Below, in pieces: positions 54,733-64,000 of a stretch of 64,000 nucleotides of DNA. Below the pieces are notes generated by a model, which saw nothing but the letters and a program-made list of their open reading frames with translations, did not search any database and was not told the origin of the DNA. How positions within the stretch are numbered: the first letter of the stretch is position 1; every line of letters starts with the position of its first letter. Position numbers and translations under genes: made by a program. Source of the DNA: an uncultured Candidatus Poseidoniales archaeon (GTDB taxonomy: Archaea > Thermoplasmatota > Poseidoniia > Poseidoniales > Thalassarchaeaceae); assembly GCA_902560445.1 (NCBI GenBank), contig CACELO010000002.1:66468-130467 (forward strand), written 5' to 3'.

Positions 54733-56918
54733 GCGATTGTCTGATGAAGGGCACGCTTGCCCTCATAATGATAGTCATGCGTGCGCAGTCGTCTTCATTC
54801 GATGTCGCCCGCATGGTCAGGGAACTACGGGGAATGATTGGAACCCGCGCACGCAAAGCCTACCAGCCACATTACGAACAAGTTGTTTTGAGGTTAAATC
54901 CGAAGGGAAAACCTTCAGTTGATTTGGTCATTGTGCGCGGAAAAAGGTTGTATATGTCCAGAAGAGATAGGCCGATGCCAAACAATCCGTCTCCTTTTGC
55001 TATGATTTTGAGAAAACATCTAGGCAATTCACGCTTGGTTGAGGTAGAGCAAATAGGCTTCGACAGAGTAGTGGTTTTGACCTTCGAACACGGAGGAGGC
55101 CAATACAAACTAGTCATTGAATTATTTAGGGATGGAAACGTGTTGCTCCTAGATGATAATGACGTGATTATTCAGCCATTAACACACGCAAAATATGCAA
55201 GTCGTGCTCTAAAGAGAGGTGAACCGTACACACCTCCTCCAGAAACTTTGGACCCTAGAAAACTTGACAAGAGTGGCTTGAATAATTTATTGGATAATTC
55301 CGATCATTCTCTGATTCGGACGCTTGCGGCGCGTGCAAACCTTGGTCGAATCTACGGAAATGCGATTTGTAGTGCCGCAGAAATCGATTCAGATGATCCT
55401 GCTGATTCTCTTGAGGAATCTCAGAGAAAGGCTCTCAGTGAATCGATGAATAAATTACTTAATGAGTTATCAGAAGACCAAGGTGCATATATTTGGTTTG
55501 AAGAAAAAGAAGGATTAAAATCTTGGAATTCCGCAGAAGATAATCCTCAAGCCAGAGATTCTGCCAGTGGATTGATTAGCGAATTTTCGCCAATAAATCT
55601 TCCATTCATGGATTCAAAACTTAGAGCGAAAGTCGCAGATCTATCAGAAGCATATGATGTGATATTTGGAGCACATGATGCAATCGCTTACATCCGTCGA
55701 GAAGAAGAAAAACTAGCCGCGGCGGGTGAAGATGATGCGCAACAGAAAGCAAAGCTCGACCGAAGGGCTACTCAGCAACGCTCAGCAATCGAGCGGTTTG
55801 AATCTCAAGCCACTTTGACTCAGGAATTAGCAAAATCGATTCAGGATAATTGGACTCATGTAGACGATTTACTCGGTCAAGTAAATTTATTGATTACAAA
55901 TGAAGGATGGCAAACTCTAGATTCAAAGATTACAGATGTTGCGTGGATAGATAGAATTGATCCTGTAAAACGTACCATTTTGGCTAGGTTACCGGACGAG
56001 GATAACGAACCTGGAGCAAGTGTAACTCTATCTGTAGAAAATTCTGTCCACCAAAATGCTCAGACTTATTTCGAACAGGCTAGAACTCTGAAGGATAAAG
56101 CGAAAGGAGCTAGATTGGCCTTGGAAAAAACGGAAAATAAAGTCGCCAAGGATGCTGCCAAAAGAGAGAAAGAAGCGGCGGCTGGAAGAGTAAGAATAGG
56201 AAAGCGCAGCAAGAGATTCTGGTTCGAAAAACATCGCTGGGGTATTTTGTCGGATGGTAGAATGATTGTTGGCGGCCGTGACGCAAAGGGCAATGATACA
56301 GTGGTTAGGAAATATCTGCGTTCTACCGACCTCTATGTGCATGCCGATTTACATGGGGCCCCATCTTGCTCCCTCAGATTACACGACGGGTTAGAAACTG
56401 AACCTAACCCTATAGGATTCAGACCGGAAGGTGTTGTATCATTACAAATTTCACAGGACCTCGCTGGTTCAATAGAAGATGCCCAGAATCTACCTACTGA
56501 TATCATCAAAGAAGCTGCGCAATTGGCAATCTGTTGGTCTCGTGCATGGGGTAGTGGTAGCGCCGCAGCAACCGCATTCCATGCTCGCCCTGCGCAAGTT
56601 TCCAAACAAACTGAGAGTGGGGAATCGCTAGGTCGTGGTGCATTTGTTGTCAGAGGACAAAGAACTTGGTACAGAGATGTAGATATGGAAATAGCGATTG
56701 GTTTTGCAACCGTCAACAACATCCCAATCCCAATTTCTGGAACCGTAGAGGGTGTGTCTAAATTATGTCAAAGATGGGCTATTATTAGACCAGGATTAGA
56801 AAAGAAAGAAACCGTAGCCAATCGAATTGCAAAAGCTACTGGCCTAGCACAAGACGACGTTTTAGCAACCTTGCCTTCTGGTACTTGTGAAATGACTGAT
56901 AACGGGTTACTTGGGTAA
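54660..56918 (+). CDS. NFACT-family protein (Rqc2/NEMF/FbpA homolog, ribosome quality control). The true start is probably at about 54768-54777 (MRAQSSSFDVARMVRELR).
   Basis: NFACT-N block FDVARMVRELRGMIGTRARKAYQPHYEQVVLRLNPKGKPSVDLVI. Coiled-coil middle region. DUF814-like C-terminal block (WFEKHRWGILSDGRMIVGGRDAKGNDTVVRKYLRSTDLYVHADLHGAPSC). Confidence 0.75.
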   Translation: MAPHRPCEAPPYQSLSMGLSRQISSDCLMKGTLALIMIVMRAQSSSFDVARMVRELRGMIGTRARKAYQPHYEQVVLRLNPKGKPSVDLVIVRGKRLYMSRRDRPMPNNPSPFAMILRKHLGNSRLVEVEQIGFDRVVVLTFEHGGGQYKLVIELFRDGNVLLLDDNDVIIQPLTHAKYASRALKRGEPYTPPPETLDPRKLDKSGLNNLLDNSDHSLIRTLAARANLGRIYGNAICSAAEIDSDDPADSLEESQRKALSESMNKLLNELSEDQGAYIWFEEKEGLKSWNSAEDNPQARDSASGLISEFSPINLPFMDSKLRAKVADLSEAYDVIFGAHDAIAYIRREEEKLAAAGEDDAQQKAKLDRRATQQRSAIERFESQATLTQELAKSIQDNWTHVDDLLGQVNLLITNEGWQTLDSKITDVAWIDRIDPVKRTILARLPDEDNEPGASVTLSVENSVHQNAQTYFEQARTLKDKAKGARLALEKTENKVAKDAAKREKEAAAGRVRIGKRSKRFWFEKHRWGILSDGRMIVGGRDAKGNDTVVRKYLRSTDLYVHADLHGAPSCSLRLHDGLETEPNPIGFRPEGVVSLQISQDLAGSIEDAQNLPTDIIKEAAQLAICWSRAWGSGSAAATAFHARPAQVSKQTESGESLGRGAFVVRGQRTWYRDVDMEIAIGFATVNNIPIPISGTVEGVSKLCQRWAIIRPGLEKKETVANRIAKATGLAQDDVLATLPSGTCEMTDNGLLG

Positions 56919-56919
56919 T

Positions 56920-57525
56920 TCAGGAAGCGCGTTTTTCATCCCATTCCGGCTTTGTGATTGCATATAATTTGGCATCGACATAGTGATCGTATAGCCACTC
57001 TCTATCTTTGGTGACTCCCTCTAATCTCATACCTATTCTGTCCGCAATCTCACAGCTCGGGATATTGTCTACAGCCGCTTCAAGAACAAATCTGTGTAGA
57101 CTTAGATCGTAGAAGCAATGTTCCATTAATCGAATACAAGATTTCGTTACATATCCTTTTCCAGTTTGGTCCTCAGAGAGCCAATATCCAACGCCTGTCG
57201 CCCTATTTCCCCAATCTATCCAATTTAGGCTAATCGTTCCTATGATACGGTTATTGAGTAGGATTGTGTAGAATGCTCCTTCTCGTTTTTCATATTCCTC
57301 AAGGCTATTAGAAATAAATACGGTTTCATCATCAATGCTATTCGTTGCATCAAGCCAAGGTAGCCATTGCCTGAGGTAATCTCTGTTAGAATCGACAACG
57401 GAGAATAATTCCGCTGCGTCGGCATTACCGACGAGATGTAAATCAAGACCTTCTTGGACATGAAGTTGACTTGCAGGTCGAAATAAGTCCGACTTTTCTT
57501 GTGGACCGCCGCATCTACCTGTCAT
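56920..57525 (-). CDS. GNAT-family N-acetyltransferase (RimJ/RimL-like)
   Basis: IGTISLNWIDWGNRATGVGYWLSEDQTGKGYVTKS acetyl-CoA binding motifs. Confidence 0.75.
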   Translation of the reverse strand: MTGRCGGPQEKSDLFRPASQLHVQEGLDLHLVGNADAAELFSVVDSNRDYLRQWLPWLDATNSIDDETVFISNSLEEYEKREGAFYTILLNNRIIGTISLNWIDWGNRATGVGYWLSEDQTGKGYVTKSCIRLMEHCFYDLSLHRFVLEAAVDNIPSCEIADRIGMRLEGVTKDREWLYDHYVDAKLYAITKPEWDEKRAS

Positions 57526-57595
57526 AGATTGTCGACTAAATTCTACAATTTATACGGTTCCTATTCCGAACTGTGGCTAGGGTAACGATTCAAGC

Positions 57596-58699
57596 GTGAA
57601 GCGTCATCCGGACAGCATGGGCGGCTCAGGCAGCGAGGGCAATTGGACATACGGTGACTATCTACAATTGCCCGCTTTGTTAGAACTTCAAGGAGAAGAT
57701 AGAGGAGTAAGTCCGGATGAAATGCATTTCATAATCGTTCACCAAACCTTTGAACTTTGGTTCAAACAGGTGATACGTGAATTAACCGAAGTTCGAGATA
57801 TTCTCACACAAAATCATGTTCCTGAGGACGATATTCCAAGGGCAGTTGACCACCTCGGACGTACAACCGAAATTTTTCGATTAATGGCGAATCAGTGGAC
57901 TGTATTGGAAACCTTGACTCCTCAAGGATTCTTAGCATTTAGAGACGGGCTTGGAACTGCGTCTGGATTTGAATCCTACCAAATGCGCGAATTCGAAATT
58001 TTACTTGGTTTGGCCAATGAAGATAGATTGTATGGAATGGACCCTATCAGTACATTTCGTAAGTTAGCAAAGAATTCCGAAAGAGATGCTGCTATTCTCA
58101 CTCGCTTGGAAGATGTCGCTTCCAAACCATCCCTAAGTGAATCGTTGCTACAATGGGTGTCTAGGACTCCAATCATGGGTTCATTAGCAGGAAATGATGG
58201 CGACGAGCATACCGTTACAGAGTATATTGACGATCATCTGAGTTCACATGAAAACATAGGAAAGCAGGCCGCTGAGCGGATGTCGGGGTATGGTGCTTCT
58301 ACGTCCGAAAAAGTGGCAGAGCGCTTTGCCGCGTCTCATCAAGGAGCCATTGATTTCCTCAAGCCAGATGGAAAAATTAGCCGCGCTCGTGCTGGATTAT
58401 TATTCATTGAATCATACAGAGAATTGCCATTATTAACTTGGCCAAGAACTCTAATCGATGCAATTGTAGAACTTGAAGAGTCCATGGTCAAATGGCGACA
58501 TTCACACGCAAGAATGGTAGAGAGAATAATGGGTAGAAGAATTGGAACTGGTGGAACTAGTGGTGTCGATTATCTCGATGCAACCTCTCAATATCGTATC
58601 TTCAAGGATCTCTGGGCTGTTCGAACCATACTTGTAAAACCTGATTTCAGACCCAAATTGAAGAATACAGAATTTTACGGTTATTCATCCGAAAACTGA
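57596..58699 (+). CDS. kynA: Tryptophan 2,3-dioxygenase
   Basis: MHFIIVHQTFELWFKQVIRELTEV (TDO haem-distal motif). C-terminal SGVDYLDATSQYRIFKDLW. TTTATA box about 35 nt upstream. Confidence 0.75.
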   Translation: MKRHPDSMGGSGSEGNWTYGDYLQLPALLELQGEDRGVSPDEMHFIIVHQTFELWFKQVIRELTEVRDILTQNHVPEDDIPRAVDHLGRTTEIFRLMANQWTVLETLTPQGFLAFRDGLGTASGFESYQMREFEILLGLANEDRLYGMDPISTFRKLAKNSERDAAILTRLEDVASKPSLSESLLQWVSRTPIMGSLAGNDGDEHTVTEYIDDHLSSHENIGKQAAERMSGYGASTSEKVAERFAASHQGAIDFLKPDGKISRARAGLLFIESYRELPLLTWPRTLIDAIVELEESMVKWRHSHARMVERIMGRRIGTGGTSGVDYLDATSQYRIFKDLWAVRTILVKPDFRPKLKNTEFYGYSSEN

Positions 58700-58758
58700 G
58701 GGATAGCGGCGGTGCATCCATCGCACCTTTCAAGGGGAGTAACTCGCTCGCCTCGCCT

Positions 58759-59916
58759 GTGTCGACTCCGGTCATATGCGCATATGCGAGAACTCCCTTC
58801 GGCCGCTTTCGTGGAGCATTAGCCCATTACACCGCGGTAGAATTGGGTACATTGGCTGTAGAGGGAGTATTGGAACGCACTGGAATAGACCCTCATAGCG
58901 GAATTATCGATCAAGTCTACATGGGACAGGTGCTTCAAGCAGGGGCAGGACAAGCACCTGCTCGCCAAGTAGCGATAGCTGCTGGACTTCCGTACTCAAC
59001 CCCATGTACAACCATCAACAAAGTCTGCGGTTCAAGTCTCAAGGCCGTAATGGTTGCTGCAACAGAAATTATGGCTGGAAAATCCAATGTTGTAATTGCT
59101 GGTGGGATGGAGTCCATGAGTCAAGCACCACACTTTATACGCGGGGCAAAGCGTGGTGATGAAATTTCATTTGCAGAATTGACCGGAATTTTGAATCACG
59201 ATGGTCTAAAGGATGCCTATGATGGATCAATGATGGGAATTACCGGCGAGACAATTGCAAAGGAAGCGGATATTTCTCGTTCAGAATCTGACAGATATGC
59301 ACTCCGTTCGCACACACTTTCTGACTCAGCCTGGGAAAATGGATGGCTTGCAGAAGAGGTTGTTTCTATCGACGAGTTGGAGCGAGATGAAGGAATTAGA
59401 ATTGACACATCCATCGAAGGTCTTGCTGGACTTAGAACTGTATTCAGGGATGATGGACAAGTTACCGCAGGTAACGCAAGTCAGGTGTCTGATGGAGGTT
59501 CAGCCGTTCTAATCGCTTCTGAGGAAATCGCCAATGAAAATGGATGGCCAATACTTGCTAGAATCATTGATTACATCACATCTGGTGTAGAGCCAAATAG
59601 AGTTATGTCTGCGCCTATTCCAGCTATTCAAATGCTCTTAGTTCGGAACCAATTGGAAATTTCTGATATCGATATTTTAGAGCATAATGAGGCTTTTGCA
59701 GCGGCTTCTTGTGCCATTCAGAATGCATTTGAGTTCCCAGATGAGGGATTCAACCCACACGGAGGAGCGGTGGCGATTGGGCATCCACTTGGGGCAACTG
59801 GAACACGTTGCCTGATGACTCTCGTAAATGCCCTGAATCGAAATAATGGTGGTACTGGAATTGTAACAATTTGCCTCGGTGGTGGTAACGCTGTTGGGAT
59901 GCTCATTGAAGCCTGA
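58759..59916 (+). CDS. Acetyl-CoA C-acetyltransferase (thiolase)
   Basis: VICAYARTPFGRFRGAL; active-site Cys blocks NKVCGSSLKA and CLGGGNAVGMLIE. Confidence 0.9.
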   Translation: MSTPVICAYARTPFGRFRGALAHYTAVELGTLAVEGVLERTGIDPHSGIIDQVYMGQVLQAGAGQAPARQVAIAAGLPYSTPCTTINKVCGSSLKAVMVAATEIMAGKSNVVIAGGMESMSQAPHFIRGAKRGDEISFAELTGILNHDGLKDAYDGSMMGITGETIAKEADISRSESDRYALRSHTLSDSAWENGWLAEEVVSIDELERDEGIRIDTSIEGLAGLRTVFRDDGQVTAGNASQVSDGGSAVLIASEEIANENGWPILARIIDYITSGVEPNRVMSAPIPAIQMLLVRNQLEISDIDILEHNEAFAAASCAIQNAFEFPDEGFNPHGGAVAIGHPLGATGTRCLMTLVNALNRNNGGTGIVTICLGGGNAVGMLIEA

Positions 59917-59930
59917 AGTATACTAGAAAT

Positions 59931-59951
59931 CCGCCCCCATAGGGGGCGAAG
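59931..59951. terminator. GC-rich perfect hairpin (CGCCCCC-ATA-GGGGGCG) 15 nt after the thiolase stop; terminator/RNA-stability candidate
   Basis: 7-bp all-G/C inverted repeat with a 3-nt loop. Confidence 0.3.
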
Positions 59952-59995
59952 GCTAGCCGGTGGGCTAATAGGGAGGTCTCGGGTCGGCGGCCTCA

Positions 59996-60256
59996 ATGGT
60001 TACTCCACTACGGCACCACACTCGCTTCGAGAAGGCTCGAATCATAGGTGCAAGAGCATTACAAATTAGTATGGGTGCACCGCTATATGTATCCGAAGAT
60101 GAACTCCGTGAAAATTTCATGGAAGAACTAGTCCAGCTTTTTGGAACAGAAGACGCTCAAGCAAGATTCGTACTTGACCCTCTTAAAATTGCAACGCTAG
60201 AGTACGAATCTCACCGTATTCCAATCGATGTGGACCCTCATATTGAGGAAGAGTGA
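59996..60256 (+). CDS. rpoK: DNA-directed RNA polymerase subunit K (Rpb6/omega homolog)
   Basis: [25 protein letters not shown] matches the RpoK/Rpb6 core (TxYExARxxxxRALQxxMxAP). Confidence 0.7.
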   Translation: MVTPLRHHTRFEKARIIGARALQISMGAPLYVSEDELRENFMEELVQLFGTEDAQARFVLDPLKIATLEYESHRIPIDVDPHIEEE

Positions 60257-61356
60257 GGGCTCTTCCGCTTTTCGCCATTCAGAGGTGGCAAGCAATGCTT
60301 CAGAAAGTCGATACTAAGAGACTAACCGCTGGTTTAATCCTACTTACCTTTCTAGTGATTGCTGTTGGCGGATTGATCAGAGTTTCAGATGCTGGAGAAT
60401 CCTGCCCGGATTGGCCGACTTGTTTCGGCACATGGGGATTCGATATTAGCCCCGAGGAGCAAGAAAGATGGTGGGAAGAAAACCCCGATGAAATAGACTC
60501 CCGCGGTGAACATCATAGATACACAACTTTTGAAATTTTTACGGAATGGTTTCACAGACTATTGGCAGGAGCAATTCTTGGCCCTCTGGTAATTCTAAAC
60601 TGGCTAACCATACGTCGTAATGAAGATACGTCAAAACGCTCGACTTTCGCTTCTAACTTGGCATTGGGACTAATCATTTGGCAAGGGGCACTCGGTTGGT
60701 TAACCGTCAAAATTGACAATATTCATTGGAGTGTAGCAATGCATCTATCAAGCGCTCTTGCATTCATATTATGTCTCATATGGTTATGGATTTGCATTAA
60801 TCGAGATGAAGGAATTCAACCATCTTGGTTAGAATTTGACCCAATCCTCGCTTCTAAGTGGAAGAATAGAATTGCATGGTTAGGGCTTAGCACCTTTACC
60901 ACAGTTTTTGCTGGAGTGTTTGTCGCTACAACACCCGGTGCAGATCAGATATGTGGCGTTTCAGGCGATGTAAATTCATGGCCTCTTTGTAACGGAGATT
61001 ACCTTCCAGAAATAGTTGATTTAGAAAATCAATCCCAAATTATTCATCGATGGCTGGTTGCATTTGTTGGAGGCATGCTACTAATTGCTTCTTGGTATGT
61101 TAGAAATGAACAGTTACAGCACCAGCATGGAATAATCCTCAGAAATTGGATTTGGGCAGCAACTGCACTATATTGTTTGAATATTGCAATCGGAGCTCTG
61201 TACATCCTTTCTTGGTCGCCAGATAATGAAACATTCCGTGAAATACTTTCTCTGATTCATCTATTGGTAGGTAGCACATCATTCCTCACTCTTGCAACCT
61301 CTTGGCTGGCTATCTCTGCCTTCGCCCTACATGAGCCTGAACCTGAGGCCCTATGA
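60253..61356 (+). CDS. ctaA: Heme A synthase
   Basis: 8 TM helices in two 4-helix halves, each with the EWxHR / HRW His motif (EWFHRLLAG; [11 protein letters not shown]). Confidence 0.75.
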   Translation: MRALPLFAIQRWQAMLQKVDTKRLTAGLILLTFLVIAVGGLIRVSDAGESCPDWPTCFGTWGFDISPEEQERWWEENPDEIDSRGEHHRYTTFEIFTEWFHRLLAGAILGPLVILNWLTIRRNEDTSKRSTFASNLALGLIIWQGALGWLTVKIDNIHWSVAMHLSSALAFILCLIWLWICINRDEGIQPSWLEFDPILASKWKNRIAWLGLSTFTTVFAGVFVATTPGADQICGVSGDVNSWPLCNGDYLPEIVDLENQSQIIHRWLVAFVGGMLLIASWYVRNEQLQHQHGIILRNWIWAATALYCLNIAIGALYILSWSPDNETFREILSLIHLLVGSTSFLTLATSWLAISAFALHEPEPEAL

Positions 61357-61394
61357 TGAGTCGAATTGAAGGGCATACACCCTAAGGACGCGCT

Positions 61395-62480
61395 ATGGGA
61401 GATACCGGGAGTACGGCTAAGGCTTGGCTGACTCTAACCAAGCCAGGGGTGGTTGTTCTTCTGCAGATTACGGCACTATGTGCGGTATTATCTCACGATT
61501 TGCTTGAAGCATCGGGATTCTCTGATATGGATTGGAATGAATCCATTCGTACCATGGCGATTGTTTTCGTTGGAGGCTATCTCACAGCAGGAGGTGCTAA
61601 TGCAATCAATATGTGGTACGATAGAGATATTGACCCAATTATGCAACGAACTTCAAAAAGACCGATACCAACTGGTACTGTGAGTGCAAATGGAGCACTG
61701 ATTTTTGGAATCCTCATTTCGCTAGCGGGAGTTATTTGGTTCCTTGAATTTGCTAACCAAGTAGCTGCCTTTTGGGCTGCATTTAGTATCCTATTCTATG
61801 TATTCATTTACACAATCTGGCTTAAGCGAACCTCAGTTCAAAACATTGTCATCGGAGGTTTAGCTGGTGCAACTCCACCAGTAATCGGTTGGGCTACTTC
61901 AGTAGGCGACTTAAGTATCAATCTAGATTCAGTAGAAGATTTTGTAATTTCAATTTTTGATTTGGGGAGCTTAATGCCTTGGTACCTCCTCTTGCTAATT
62001 TTCCTATGGACTCCACCTCATTTCTGGGCATTGGCACTATATCGTTCGGAGGAATACAACTCGGTTGGAATCCCAATGATGCCTGGAGTTAAAGGTGCAA
62101 GAAGAACTCTGATAGAGATGAAGGTATATTCTATTTTCTTGATTATTTTAGCAGTATTTGCACCCATAGCAATGGGCGGAATGAATAGGTATGATACAAT
62201 ATACCATGTATTTGGATGGACTACAATTATTGTCACTTTATGGTATGCCAGAACAGTATTCATCATTGACCCAAATGAGCCTCATACTGCTTCTGGACGA
62301 ATCCCTACCGCGGCTCGCTCTTTTTTTGTTTCAATGATATATCTCGCCCTGATGTTTGCAATTGTGGTTACTGCAAGTGCTGGTTTACAAGGGTCAATTC
62401 TGGGAGCAGTATTTGCGGCTACAATTATTGTTAGGGATGAATGGAATTCAAAAGCGCCTTCTTCGGAGATTTCAGCCTGA
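61395..62480 (+). CDS. ctaB: Protoheme IX farnesyltransferase (heme O synthase), UbiA family, with extra C-terminal TM helices
   Basis: LTKPGVVVLLQITALCAV, NMWYDRDIDPIMQRTSKRP, YTIWLKRTSVQNIVIGGLAGATPPVIGW. Confidence 0.85.
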   Translation: MGDTGSTAKAWLTLTKPGVVVLLQITALCAVLSHDLLEASGFSDMDWNESIRTMAIVFVGGYLTAGGANAINMWYDRDIDPIMQRTSKRPIPTGTVSANGALIFGILISLAGVIWFLEFANQVAAFWAAFSILFYVFIYTIWLKRTSVQNIVIGGLAGATPPVIGWATSVGDLSINLDSVEDFVISIFDLGSLMPWYLLLLIFLWTPPHFWALALYRSEEYNSVGIPMMPGVKGARRTLIEMKVYSIFLIILAVFAPIAMGGMNRYDTIYHVFGWTTIIVTLWYARTVFIIDPNEPHTASGRIPTAARSFFVSMIYLALMFAIVVTASAGLQGSILGAVFAATIIVRDEWNSKAPSSEISA

Positions 62481-63814
62481 ATTCAGGAAATCCTCAAACG
62501 CCTGCCCGTCTGTTCGACGACCGTGGTACGCGTCAAGTGGCCGGAGGGTCGAGAATGAATGAGCGAGAACTCATCTATGATTGGAACATCATAGACTACG
62601 AAATACAACGCGATTCTGCTAACCACCCACATGGTGTTTGGTTCGATGATGAAACCCTGAGAGATGGGCTACAAAGCCCGAGTGCGCGTAATCCAACCAT
62701 AGAGCAGAAAATCGAATTAATTGATTATATGGAAAGGCTAGGAATTCAGAAAGTGGATCTTGGCCTTCCCGGAGCCGGCCCATTTCATGTTAGTCACATA
62801 GATGCAATGCTTACCCACATGGGCGAGAATGGTTACGATTTGAGACCGGGGTGTGCTGTTCGGACCGTTGTTGGAGATATCGAACCGCTAGTAGATTTGC
62901 AAGCCAAGCACGAGAGACAGATTCAAGCAAGTGCATTCCTAGGAACAAGCCCCATTAGACAATTTGCAGAAGGTTGGACCATGGAACGAATCCTAAGTAC
63001 GGCCGAGAAAGCAGTTACCTTTGCGGTTGACAACGATATCCCTGTGATGTTCGTTACTGAGGATACCACTCGCTCAAAGCCCGAAGAAATCAAGGCTGTT
63101 TATACTAGAGCAATAGAATTGGGCGCCGACAGAATTTGTATTTGCGACACCTGTGGTCATGTGACTCCTAACGGAGTGCGCAAATTACTTTCTTTTATTC
63201 AAGACGAAGTTATTCCTGACGCAGCAGTGAAACGTAGAGATATCGAAGTCAATTGGCATGGTCACCAAGACAGAGGTTTGGGTGTTGCAAACAACCTCGC
63301 GGCTGTTGAAGTTGGGGCGGATGTAATTCACGGAACTGCATTGGGTGTAGGAGAAAGAGCAGGGAATGCTCCACTGGATCAAACCCTAGTCAATCTCTCA
63401 CTGATGGGAGTTATCGAAAATGACCTAACTGCCCTAAATGAATACATGAGAAAGGCTCATGAGTATGTCGAAGTAGCTCTCCCTCGGAATTACCCTGTCT
63501 TTGGAGAAGATGCCTTTGAAACTGGCACTGGAGTACATGCTAGCGCGGTAATCAAGGCTATGAAAAAGGGAGATCATTGGTTAGCAGACCGTGTATACTC
63601 AGGAGTACCTGCTCAGGATTATGGCCTTCAGCAAGTTATTCGAATTGGACATATGAGTGGGCGTTCAAACATTATCTGGTGGTTGAAAGAAAATGGTTAT
63701 CAAGCAGATGACGATTTAGTCGCTCATATGTTTGAGGTAGCAAAAAATCAGCGCCGGTTGATGGATGATGAAGAAGTTCATCATGCTATATCAGAATACA
63801 ATCAAAACAACTGA
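62441..63814 (+). CDS. LeuA-family synthase (2-isopropylmalate / citramalate / homocitrate synthase; HMGL-like TIM barrel). The true start is probably the ATG at about 62555, preceded by GGAGGG.
   Basis: LRDGLQSP, CDTCGH, WHGHQDRGLGVANNLAAVEVGADVIHGTALGVGERAGNAPLDQ. The first 38 codons of the ORF as drawn overlap ctaB. Confidence 0.75.
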   Translation: MEFKSAFFGDFSLNSGNPQTPARLFDDRGTRQVAGGSRMNERELIYDWNIIDYEIQRDSANHPHGVWFDDETLRDGLQSPSARNPTIEQKIELIDYMERLGIQKVDLGLPGAGPFHVSHIDAMLTHMGENGYDLRPGCAVRTVVGDIEPLVDLQAKHERQIQASAFLGTSPIRQFAEGWTMERILSTAEKAVTFAVDNDIPVMFVTEDTTRSKPEEIKAVYTRAIELGADRICICDTCGHVTPNGVRKLLSFIQDEVIPDAAVKRRDIEVNWHGHQDRGLGVANNLAAVEVGADVIHGTALGVGERAGNAPLDQTLVNLSLMGVIENDLTALNEYMRKAHEYVEVALPRNYPVFGEDAFETGTGVHASAVIKAMKKGDHWLADRVYSGVPAQDYGLQQVIRIGHMSGRSNIIWWLKENGYQADDDLVAHMFEVAKNQRRLMDDEEVHHAISEYNQNN

Positions 63815-63894
63815 TTAATTAGTGATTTGAGGCGATGCGTTGACCACCCATGCATCGGCAACGGCTAAAACCCCTACAACGTCGAATCCGACCC

Positions 63895-64000
63895 ATGCGT
63901 ACGATAGCGATGCTCTTTGTTCTGATGCTTGTATCACCTGTCGGGGCAACTACTGGTGAAGGGCAAAATAACAATATTGACTTTGAAGTGAGTGGAGAGA
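63895..64000 (+). CDS. 5' end of a gene for a secreted protein (signal peptide only), truncated by the window end
   Basis: ATG at about 63895 encoding MRTIAMLFVLMLVSPVGATTGEGQNNNIDFEVSGE. Confidence 0.3.
   Translation, partial: MRTIAMLFVLMLVSPVGATTGEGQNNNIDFEVSGE

Noticed and set aside
1-64000. Possibility that the contig is bacterial or chimeric because of bacterial-type genes (gpsA, MoxR, PhnC/E-like ABC, aldo/keto reductase, thiolase)
   Set aside because: Archaeal hallmarks are spread across the whole window: aroA'/aroB'/GHMP aroK at 8-10.7 kb, PGF-CTERM at 18.4 kb, Gar1 at 32.8 kb, Sulfolobus-type korAB at 47-50 kb, rpoK at 60 kb. A bacterial/archaeal chimera is therefore unlikely, though only coverage and k-mer checks can exclude it.
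1-64000. Searched for CRISPR arrays, IS elements/transposases, integrases, prophage genes and rRNA
   Set aside because: No direct-repeat/spacer arrays, no transposase- or integrase-like ORFs and no rRNA-like sequence were seen. The two tRNAs show no adjacent integrase or att-like repeats.

Overview
Archaeal origin is an inference from gene content; membership of the marine MGII/Poseidoniales euryarchaeal group, marine origin and an aerobic heterotrophic lifestyle are further inferences. Supporting markers: the archaeal-type shikimate route (ADH synthase, DHQ synthase II, GHMP-type shikimate kinase), an RpoK subunit, a Gar1 homolog, PGF-CTERM sorting signals, Sulfolobus-type two-subunit 2-oxoacid:ferredoxin oxidoreductase, heme A/O synthases, very acidic secreted proteins, and Shine-Dalgarno-led genes packed almost entirely end to end. 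I found no rRNA, CRISPR array, transposase or integrase.

Recognisable genes include a MoxR/DUF58 operon, an aroA'-aroB'-aroK-aroC operon, exonuclease III, a MacB-like ABC exporter operon with a His/Asp-rich EF-hand PGF-CTERM protein, tRNA-Leu(UAG), bacterial-type gpsA, SAH hydrolase, a 2161-aa FG-GAP surface protein, aconitase, a membrane cyclophilin, korAB, tRNA-Gln(CUG), an aldo/keto reductase, a NUDIX-MBL fusion, an NFACT/Rqc2 homolog, tryptophan 2,3-dioxygenase, thiolase, rpoK-ctaA-ctaB and a LeuA-family synthase.

Main hunt results:
1. A candidate iron-acquisition island at about 21.8-30.8 kb. It holds two proteins with unmistakable transferrin-lobe motifs: a bilobal 698-aa lipoprotein and a monolobal 356-aa protein that keeps the full Asp/Tyr/Tyr/His iron-ligand set. 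The bilobal gene is wired as SBP-ATPase-permease to PhnC/PhnE-type ABC components. A ferritin-like gene and two lipoproteins sit alongside.
2. Four copies of a 16-bp palindrome, TTTAGG-N4-CCTAAA, a candidate DtxR/IdeR-like metalloregulator operator, at promoters inside that island and nowhere else in the window.
3. A Gar1 (H/ACA RNP) homolog fused to two perfect RanBP2-type zinc fingers and an RGG/GAR tail, a eukaryote-like architecture.
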